Translations under genes and position numbers: made by a program
The notes under the pieces: generated by a model
Databases searched by the model: none
What the model was told of the DNA's origin: nothing
The model's input: the letters and a program-made list of their open reading frames with translations, nothing else
Shown: in pieces, positions 24,269-35,200 of the stretch
How positions within the stretch are numbered: position 1 is the first letter of the stretch
Layout of the letters: every line of letters starts with the position of its first letter
Assembly: GCA_002633005.1 (NCBI GenBank)
Contig: NMRA01000604.1
Location: forward strand, 101,955 to 165,954
Origin: Phoronis australis
Lineage: Eukaryota > Animalia > Phoronida
Direction of reading: 5' to 3'
DNA: 64,000 nt

Positions 24269-26040
24269 TTCACGGGTTCCCCGTACAAGATTTACATACC
24301 TACTTTACACATTTACCGACGTTGAAAACTGCGCGTGCATTTAAATTTAATAGTGAAGCTTAAAAATAAAAAATAGAAGTTATAGAAAAAAGACAATTCA
24401 CAAATTTATCCACTGGTCGTGTTTTCATGGTAACTAACAATGAAAAGGAAAACGAGACACTGCAAGAGCTAGACAGAGAATGCTTAAATTCTCATTTTAA
24501 AATATCGCAATTGGGTGAGGAACTCTTCACTTACGTATAGCCGTCTAGTTGGTGCACGGTAAACGCATTGCCCCAGCGATGATTAAAGTTTGAAACTTAG
24601 CCTTAGACCATGCTCAGTGATGTTTTTAGCTGAGGTGCCAAAATTCTGGTTTCTTATTAACATCTAGGGAAATCGTCCTACTCCAGCATCCAGCCTGAAG
24701 CCGCCCTAACATTTGCCTGCCGTACGACGGTTTTGGCACGGTGCATTCCGTATTTGGCGTGGCAAAACGTGTCGGTGTCAATCAGCAGATTCCTGTGTGT
24801 GCGGCACTCCGGTAGCGAAAAAAAATAGTCCACGACACGTATATAAAAGGCCAAGTTACGTATTTTATAGCCCATCACTGTAGGTCAGGACTGACGCGGA
24901 CATTGAAGTGACAAGCATTGTCCGCAATCTGGCCTCTAGGCCTACTTCACTACACTTATTCACGCAGTCATTCACAATTGATTTCCACAAACCAACTGAT
25001 GGCAATTTTCTAAAAAAATGAATTCTCTCCTCTATAGCCCGCACTCCCACGCACATGCAGGCACGCACGTTGAACACCGTTTCACTACGAGTATCACTAT
25101 ATGATTGCCACCACGATAAGCCACAATTAAATTTTGACCCATTATCCGAAATCATCATGCTAGGTAACCTGTTAACCATATAGCAACTGCATCTGCATCT
25201 GCATGGATATCTTATGAACATTTATAAAACGAAACAAGGCATATTGTTATCACAGGCCATGCTGACCATTTTTGGAACGTGTGGTAAACAAGCGACATCT
25301 CACCCGACCGTCGGTGCCGGTTTTTCACTAGTCGTCCGGCGCATGAGAGGAGATAAGCCCACGGACTTGGACTACGGTACATTTAGTATAATTTTGTCAG
25401 TGTAGCAACCACAAGATGTGCACTGTTTTATATAGTTACAAAATGATCTAATTTTTTTTTCAAATATGTTGTGCTGCCAAATTTTACCAGCTCTGTAATT
25501 ATCGACGCCTGCCAAAGTGTCTACCACTAAAACGCGCCCTTATGGTTCTCTACTGTTGAGCGTACGTGTGATGCACCATAGATAATGAGCCGGTACGCGA
25601 ATCTTGCTTTGAAATTTTCAAATATTGTGCGCAGTACGACGCCGTCACTGCCCGCGCGACCTACGATCCGCGCTAGCATAGATATTATTATCAGAGACCG
25701 TAGAGAGGCGTCTTTGTTATTATCTAGTAGTCTATGATCACTGATTGGTTTAAATTTGGAACGTTCTTAAGGAATTTTACGAGCGTAATTTACGGCGACA
25801 TTTACCCCATTTAATTTACAGGCGTAATGTTACCGCAACACTTTTGCAATTTAACTTACGCTCGTAATTACGAGCGTAATTTTACGGAGACACTTTCCCC
25901 TCAACGGCCCACCATACAACCCGGCCGGCGTCAACCTCTACTGGCTGGTGCGGTGCTTAAAAAGGATTAGGCTTCGTCGTAAGGCGGCGCGTCGAAATGC
26001 GTCTGCTCACGCGACCTTGAACTTTGATCAACCGGTGAAA

Positions 26041-26227
26041 ATGGCGGAGTTGCTAAAGAATGTGGACATTTTATTGGGGGATTACAGGCCAGTTGTCACC
26101 ACCGTAGGCCTTTTAGGCCTTTCATACTTTGCTGTGAACATTGCATTTACGCTCTTGAAAGCGGTACGCGATTGGGGACTTGGAAAACTTCTTGCAACTA
26201 ATCTCAAGTCGATGGGCGCTTGGGCCG
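26041..26227 (+). CDS. HSD17B12: HSD17B12-like exon 1
   Basis: MAELLKNV...LKSMGAWA; hydrophobic anchor; gtaagt donor. Confidence 0.9.
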
Positions 26228-29200
26228 GTAAGTTTTTGCCTAGGCAATGACCATCGTCTCTGTTGGCCCGAAGCAGAGGCGATGCAGAGGCTATAGGCGC
26301 TCTGTACGCCGGAAGCTTTTCGGCGAATTATGCCTCGCACCGACTAAACCATCAAAGTCACGTTGTTATAAATACCTTTTGCGCATAGAGGAACACCTGA
26401 AGAGGTTGATGTGTTTAATTCCTTCCAACTCGAACAAATACTCCCATTATCGGCATTATCAAACTTTTTCTTCGAGCAGTCCCTATTTCAGTTCCCAAAA
26501 TCGTGAACTCACTGCGCACGCTCCAATTTTTACCGCGCTCGCTAGGTGATGTGAATTCATGACCTCAATCTTTAAACAGGCCAAAGGTGAGCCATTGCGG
26601 TCTTGTCAGTCAAATGTTCGTTTCCAAAATGCCACCACTTATACTTGTCTTTAATTGGTGTTACTTGAAACTGATTGTATTTCAATGAATCATTGTTTGT
26701 ATTTGATAAAAATAAATGCTGTTGATATGACATTTGTCTTTGTGCACATATTTGACATTTTAATGTTTAACAACACGGCAAATGCACGGCTGGTTCCCGG
26801 TAGCACGTACGCAAAGGGCGGGAACTTCAGCTTTCAAAGTTCACCGGTAGGACCGCAACTTCTGACCTTCGGCGTCGTTAAAAAAATCTCTTGGCGTGCG
26901 CCGAGTGAAAATGTTGAGTTCACGATTTTGGGAACTGAAATAGGGACTGCTCGAAGAAAAAGTTTCATAACGGGAGTATTTGTTCGAGTTGGAAGGAATT
27001 AAACACATCGACAACCTCCTAAGGTGTTCCTCTATGCGCAAAAGGTATTTATAACAACATGACTTTGATGGTTTAGTCAGTGCAAGGCATAATTCGCCAA
27101 AAAGCTTCCGGCGTACTGAGTGCCTATAGGAGCTGCATCGCCTCTGGTTCGGGCCAACAGAGGCGATAGTCATTGCCTAATATAAGACTAGAGTTAGTGA
27201 GAACAGCATTTTTCAAAAATTTTAGAAAATGTGCATGCAATATACATCACCAGAAAACTCTATGAGACTAAAAGAATGGTGCAAAAACTTTTTAAATCGG
27301 ACTTGTGGTTCCGGAGAAAATGGTGTTTTTGTGTCAAATTTTTTGGTAAAAATTCTGTCAAATCAAATTTGCGTGTTTGAAATATTATGGTTACAAATCT
27401 ACGTAACGTAGATGGACATGTTATACATCATTTCAAAGAAAAAATTACGATGAATAATTTGCAAAAAAGAACATTCCGATTGGACATTCCTGTGCGAAGA
27501 TATTGACCTTAAAGTCAACAAAGCTGACAAAGAAAAATGCCAGTACGTACAATTTTGTCGTTTCAAATTGGCATAAAATAAATTACACAAGGAAAAAAAA
27601 TAAGCTAGTATCATTTCAAGATTTTTCACCAGGAAAGTTGAAATCTGATAATTAGTTGGGCAAATTATTATTATTTTGTGATTTTTTTGTTGACATGCAG
27701 TTTGCGACTGACTCAATTTTGTCAAAATGTATTTACTTAAAAAAATTAAAGACAAGCAAACATCATTCCAAATATGTAATGATGAAAGGTGTGATAAACA
27801 AAAATTTTAATACAAGCTTCATATAGTAAATAGAACGTATACCGTACTTTTTACAACAATGTAACAAAATGAAGACCTTGTCTTGAGCCATGCAGGAAAG
27901 TTCATGCTATACAAACAACAACAGCAATAGCAATATTTATTTCCAAAGTTGTCTTGATATGAACACATAAAGGTATCTATGATGGACAGATAAATAAAGT
28001 TCTCAAGGCATCCTCAAGGAAGGAAGGTCAAACCTTTTCACTGATTATTGATAGTGAGTACCTGCAAATAAACAGACAGTCAGTGGAGTACCTTACAAAG
28101 ACTTGTGGCCTCTTCAAGGAAGGGGGCCAAACCCTTTCACTGACTATTAAAAGTCAGTGGAGTGTCTTACAGACTTATGGCATCCTCAAGGAAGGGGGGC
28201 CAAACACTTGGCACTTACAAAGTCAGTGGAGTACTTCACTGAATTTTGGCACCCTCAAGGAAGGGGGCTGTTGAGTCAGTGGAATACCTATACACAATAT
28301 GGAGCACTCCAGCACTTCGAGGTCCTCTTGACCAAAATCGTCCATCACCCAAAAGGTGCGCACAGCCTCATCTTCATCGTAGTGGATATTGAGCCAAACT
28401 CATCCATGGAGCCTGAAAGAATGCTATGATTCATAAATCATATTGTTATGACATACAAGCATTATTAACTTAAAGGTCGTGAAAAGAAGAAGAAACAGCT
28501 GGGTAGGTTACATCAGTTTTCGTTACATCAAGAGCATATTGCTCTTCAGATGCTGCAATTTTGTTAATAAAAAATGCGAAAGCTTGTTACATACTATACT
28601 GAGAAATTACAAAGCCATGATACTGGTCATTACCAGTTCAGCTAACTTTGTGAAGAACATTCTTGCCAACCAGGAAGTTTGATGTTGTTGGCTGCACTGC
28701 TGACTGCAAGTAGAATCAGTAGAAGCAGGAAAGAAGGAGGATCTGGACCAAGAGCTAAAGGCAGAGTCTGATGAGACAGAAATGCAAGACATGATGATAT
28801 GTATTATAGTAAACTGACAAATAGGAGTGAAATTATGAGGAAAAATGATGAAGAAAATAACAACTGGTTTGGTCGACAGCAATTTCCAACAAAGGTTACC
28901 TGAAAGATATAGGCCAGGCTATGAACAATCTAGGCAAACCTATGAATAATTGTTGTTAAAACTACTTCATGGTAAGAAAAAAATTATTGATAGCACGTAT
29001 AGTTTTTCATGGTAGTAAACACAAGTTGAAAACACAGCACTGGAGTAGAAATGTACAGTTGTAATATTTGTTTACTCTAAAATTAAGATGTTTTCATTTT
29101 CTATCTTGACATATGCTGGCTAAACTGTCTTGGCCAGTTTGGGTGTGGTCCTGTCTGGCAACAAGTCAGGTCTTAGTGGCCTGACCTACAAAAATGTGAG

Positions 29201-32200
29201 GCAAAAATAAGAAAAAAGAACCTTAAACGTGAGAATCATTGTTCTCACAACCAGAAATTCCTTTTTGGGTCTTTTTACATTGACTTTTCAATAGGAAAAC
29301 GTTGAAATGCTTCAGTTTGTGAACTGAAAATTCGCCGCGATTCGCAGGAGCACCCCTAGTGGCAGTACCCGGAACTACGAAGTGAGTCAGAAATACGTCC
29401 GATTATATGAAATCGACGAAGGGCCTGTTTGCAACAAGTGTTTGAAATAGTTCATTAATGAACCCTTTAGTGCGCAATACAGTTCATTTTGTGCGCAAAT
29501 TAGGAAATATACCAATAAATTCAGGTCACAGTTGAAGGTCGTGGGAACTGGCAACTGTTTCAACTTTTAAGTCCACGAAAGTGAAAAATACTTACGTAAT
29601 AACGTGCGTAAGGATTTCTTCTAAAAGTTCATGAAGTTTCACGCCAAAATTCAAGAGTTTAATCTTCTCCTGAGTTGAAAACCAAATACCAGTTGTTTTT
29701 ACCGGCGACCATTTGGCTCTGAAATGTCGGTCACGTCGCTGCAAAAAACTCGTGCAAAGTATTATTAAACGTATTTTGCGACGAAAAAAGACTAACATTT
29801 AAGTAAAATTACGTCTTATTTCATACGTTGAAGTAATTTTTATTCACATTTATTGCATTTTTGAGTGATTTTTTGCCGATTGTAATGTGCGAATTTTACA
29901 CGGTGACAGATACGCGAAGCGTTTTGGTGACGTATATTGTTCTCACTACTAGAGTAGACTTCTTACGAGACAGTGACCACTGTCCTGCTGGCACGTAGGG
30001 CGGTGGAGCTCCTATAGACCCTTCATACGCCAGAAGATTTTTGACGAATTATGCCTTACTTCGACAGCACCGGCGACGGCGTCTGAGACGTCCGAACACT
30101 ACCAAAGGTCAACCCAGAGTGGCGCTCTAACTAACAATAGACACACAACCGAGGCCACTCGGTTAGCGTCGGAGAACTCCGTTCGACTACCCACCATTCA
30201 CCTCCCCGCCCACAATGCAAAATATACACCCCAAAACAAAACAATAAATCTCATCACAAAATAATAAATCTCATATCTTCTTCTTCTTCCTATATACAAC
30301 AAACGATCGTGGTATTGATCCTTACTTGTTGGCGCATTGTTAGTATAAAACTGAGGTGCACGTAACTGAAAAATAACGATAAAACGAAGTGTTGGTTGGT
30401 GTCAAGATAAAAACAGATCTTAATGGTTACTGTGTAAGATTGATGTTCAGGATGTGACTTGTGAATATTTCTATAGTTTCTGATGAGATGGCGAATTGTG
30501 GGAGTCTATTCCAGAGTAAAATGGTAGATGGAAAGAAAGAGTTTGCGTAGTATGCGGTGCGTATGTATAATCTCTCAAAGGTATGAGAGTGGGAGTTTCG
30601 TGATCTGGAAGTCTGTAGGAGTGGAAGGTATGAGTGAGGAATAGCAACCAGGTTATGTATGGTCTTGTACAGAAGGGATAGTTTGTTCTGACCTCGTCTT
30701 TCCTGGAGGGTGGGCCAATTGAGAGTTTTGAGCATGGATGAAATGAAGGAGTACCTTGAGTGGTCATTTAATACAAACCTGGCTGCTCTACGCTGTATTT
30801 TTTCTAGTTTTTCAATGTTTGTACGAGTGGATGGATCCCAGACAGAGGAGTATTTTAGTTTTGGTCTAACAAGTGAAGTGTAGGCAAAGGCTTTTAAAAT
30901 TTATTTTTGAAGAATTTGGCAATCGTGGGGGGATCTAATGGGTCTATAGAGAACTGCATCATCAGCAAAAAGCCGGACAGTAGAAAGAATGGTGTCAGGA
31001 AGGTCGTTTATGTAGAGTATGAAGAGTGCAGGGCCAAGGACAGAGCCCTGGGGCACTCCTGATTGGACTGGGGAGGAATTTGAGAACTCGCCATCGACGA
31101 CAACTCTCTGTGTTCTATGAGATAGAAGTGACTGGATCCAATTGTGGGTGAGACCCCTTATACCGTAGTATCTGATCTTCTCCAAGAATCTAGGATGGGA
31201 CACCTTATCAAAGGCTTTGGAGAAGACCAGCACCACAGCGTTGGTTTGAGTGCCTGCTTCTATAGTTTGGAGGAGGTCATCTACGAATGTGACAAGTTGT
31301 GTTTCACATGATCTATGGCTATGAAAACCATGCTGCCAGGTGTAAAGTATATTATTTGTGTCGAGATGAGGCATAAGGTTACTGACAACTATGTGCTCCA
31401 TAAGTTTTGGAAAATATGCAGGTGAGTGATATTGGGCGGTAGTTTGAAGCCAGAGTTTTATCATCTTTTTTGAAGATGGGTGCTACGTTTGCAATTCGCC
31501 ATTCTGTCGGGATTTGGTAAAGATTTCTTGGAGGACAGGTGCAATTTCTTCTGCCGTTACTTTAAGAATGTGAGGAGATATTTCGTCTGGTCCAGCGGCT
31601 TTGTGAGCAGGATAGAGGTTTTGCAACATTTTGCGTATACCGTCACTAGAGAAGGTTATATCATGCATGGAGTTGTAGGGGCTTGTGCCCATGTCAGGTG
31701 TATCTGTACCATCGTCCTTTGTGAAGACCAAGGAAAAGTGTGTGTTTAATATTTCTGACTTTGTTTTTGTGTCAGTGTGTAGTAAGCTATCTTTTTGTAG
31801 AGGAGCAATATTTGGTGATTCTTTGTTTTAGACTTTTGATGAAAGTAAAATCTTTTTGAATTATTACTCTGGGAAGGTGTAATTATGTTGTTGATGTAAT
31901 ATCACAATAATATATCTCATATCAAAATAATAAATCTCATTTATTTATTATAAACCAAATCAGCATATATACAGAAAACATTCTACCTCATCCAAATACC
32001 TTCCTCCCTCCCTGACTGTAACCCCCCAGCCATCACACTGCCTCTACCACAGACACCACTACTCTCATTCTCACCTGATCCTCGAATCCATGCCCCACCC
32101 TGAGATCTATAAAATGGCCTGTCTCTCAACAAATCCCACAACTGTCCCACAGATAGCCTCCTCATTAACCCCTCAACCCCTTTCCACGACAGCAACACCA

Positions 32201-35200
32201 CCTGAGACTCCCTCAAACACCTACCCCTCGGAACTGCCCATCCTAACTCCCTACATACCCTCACTGTCTCCCAAAAATCCGCATCCCCCAATTCTCCAAA
32301 ATCTCCCCCACTTTCCAATAACCACGCCCTCATCCAGCCAAATCCCCACTTCCCACTAAAACCTCCCCCAACTGACGTACCAACTTCAAAACGAGCCCTG
32401 ACTCCCTCCTATATATATATACACATCTCGGCAAATGCCAAAACTAAACACGTGTCCCTACATCCTCCCCTACAAAACAACATCCTGCCCACTGACACGT
32501 CTCCGTCCAAACCAACTTCTTTCCCATAAACCACTATCCAACATACTTGCACTGACTAAAACATCAAAGTCACATTGTTATAAATACCTTTTGCTCACAA
32601 AGGGACACCTTAGCCTAAGGCTTTGGAGGCTGTTGATGATATGTAATTCCTTCCAACTCAAACAAATACGCCCGTTATTCAACTTTTTCTTCAAGCAGTC
32701 CCTCGTTCATTTCCCAAAATCGGTAACTCACCATTTTTAACACTGCGCGTGCCAGGGGGTATGACGTCAGGAAGCCAGACCAACCGAGTTTGGTTTGTTG
32801 ATTTGTGGTCAAATTACTTCTACAAGCATGATTTTCCAAATCAAAATTCTTGACCTGACGGTCGTTAATTATGTTGAAGTTCAAATGGATTAAACTTGCC
32901 CGTGTTTAAGAACATCTAGTACACACATTCAAAAGAATTGAAGTTAATTTGGTTCATTTGACTCTTTACGAGTCGCGTAAGTCACTGTGATCTACAAATT
33001 TTAAATATTTTGCAGTTGTCACTGGCGCTACAGATGGAATTGGCAAAGCTTATGCTACTGAGGTAGGTTGTCTGTTTCTAAATTACTGTTTAATTCCTGA
33101 CTAATGAACCAGGGCATATATTGATTTTATCCTTTTATTTAGACATAGTTTGTTTATCAAATGTATGATTGATCTCTGTCAGTCAAATAAATTGATTTAT
33201 AATCTAAATTCTGATTGTTACAAGTATTTGCAGGTTTGTCTGCAAACTTTGGTGATAACTGAAGCATTTGGACATTAGGTTATATGGGTTAACACAGGAG
33301 CTCATTTATGAATCTCTTTTGTATGAATTTAACATATTGGAGCTTGTTGTTGAATGCACACAGACATCATGCTGTGCAGAAATGGTTGTTTGAGCAATGG
33401 GACAATTTTGAGTCGAAATCATAACTTGTTACTGTGACAGCTACACGATAGTTTTGTGAATAAAACGGGCAGTCTGTTCTCACACCTAGATACATTGTTT
33501 CAGCTGGCTAAGCGTGGTCTCAACATCGTTTTAATCAGCCGTTCAGCGGACAAGCTAGCTGATGTTGCCCTTGAAATTGGTAAGTCGTTGCTAAGGCGTT
33601 AGTAGTAAGTTACTGTTGTAATTACGTTCTGTCAATTTGGTGTCACTTAGTGTAAAAAACAGTTTTGAAATTGAAAAGCGTTTAATATATGCCCTGTCAC
33701 AGTGAGGTAGTTCGTAGTACAATATCAAAATCAGGACAAAAATGATTGGAAACGGACATCGAGTTGTACGATTGGAGAAAGACTCTGTGGTTGGTGTCAC
33801 ATGCGAGACGAGTTTTTTGACTAAAGTTGCCAGCTTTCCCCCATTCTCCTTACCATTTAATCAAAACGTTAAGACTTGCTCGGATGCTCTGATAATATTA
33901 TTTTGCACTGCATGACCCTCCATGGTTTGGGGAACATGGTAATTCTTCTGACACTCATACGTTCCTTAAAGGCTGCATTTTATCGATTTCACAAGTTTGG
34001 TGAGTTGGTATTTATTTATTTGGTATACCTCAAATGTTTGCGTGAGCATAACTTTGGAAAAATGCTTAACAAAACGTCAATAACTTCCTAAAAACAATTT
34101 TGAGTTGATGACGTAGCAACGTCATCTCTTAAGAATACTGGTCTATTTATACCAGCCTCTGTCCTATTTACATCGGTACGAAGTTTCAGTTGATCTTTTT
34201 TCCTTTGTAACACCTGAAGATGGTTGAAAAAATAATCAACGAAACTTCATGTCACTGTAAATAGCTTAGAGGTTAATGTGTAAGTACTACTAGGAATTTT
34301 AGAAATGATTTTGACGATGTATTGGTAACAAAAGTTTACTTTATTGGTAGTAATATTGCTCAAGTGTAAAATATTTCTCCTTTCTAAAAAGATTGTGTAA
34401 AGTTTTTATTATAATAAGCACTCTGCATATTAAAAGCTTCACAGTCTCTATTATTCTCTTTATGAAGCCATATAAGCACTCTGCATATTGAAAGCTTCAC
34501 AGTCTCTATTATTCTCTTTATGAAGCCATATAAGCACTCTGCATATTGAAAGCTTCACAGTCTCTATTATTCTCTTTATGAAGCCATATAAGCACTCTGC
34601 ATATTGAAAGCTTCACAGTCTCTATTATTCTCTTTATGAAGCCATATAAGCACTCTGCATATTGAAAGCTTCACAGTCTCTATTATTCTCTTTATGAAGC
34701 CATATAAGCACTCTGCATATTGAAAGCTTCACAGTCTCTATTATTCTCTTTATGAAGCCATATAAACACTCTGCATATTGAAAGCTTCACAGTCTCTATT
34801 ATTCTCTTTATGAAGCCATATAAACACTCTGCATATTGAAAGCTTCACAGTCTCTATTATTCTCTTTATGAAGCCATATAAACTGCTGAAACTGATCATT
34901 CTCAGCCACAGAACTGGAGGGGGCGATCCAGGGGTGTTGGGACTCCCTCTTACTCAGTTCCACACATGTCTGTGCCTTGTCAAACAAGCCACTGAACATG
35001 ATTCAGGGCCCGTGCCTTATATTGGCTCTAGAAATAAACCCCATGGCCTGCACTTGGAACTTAAACAGTGGAGCCCACAGAATGTCAAAAAACAAAAACA
35101 ATTTCTTAGAAAACCCATTTAAAATAACCCCCATTATATCATAAATTATTGCCATATTCCCAGATATGGTCATTAAAAATCACCAAAATTGATTCTCACC

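Larger units (their letters stand above)
29964..32765 (+). mobile_element. MITE-family arm (29964-30060 plus 32545-32765) split by a nested insertion
   Basis: gacgaattatgcctt at about 30043-30057 resumes as ttgcactgactaaaacatcaaagtc at about 32547, matching the contiguous consensus in other copies. Confidence 0.75.

Noticed and set aside
25948-26040. N-terminal extensions from GTG/TTG starts in the ORF track (also 48220-48276, 22469-22474)
   Set aside because: Prokaryotic-style starts; the first in-frame ATGs (26041, 48219, 22475) fit the families better.
26247-27173. Pair of similar small proteins on opposite strands (also 1709-1966, 32435-32740)
   Set aside because: Translations of a non-coding MITE arm; stops and frames differ between copies.
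30278-31900. Active or domesticated reverse transcriptase system
   Set aside because: 5'-truncated, frameshifted, internally deleted and missing a catalytic Asp; an ordinary dead LINE.
34415-34878. CRISPR-like array
   Set aside because: Units are contiguous with no unique spacers, no cas genes, eukaryotic intron; it is a minisatellite.
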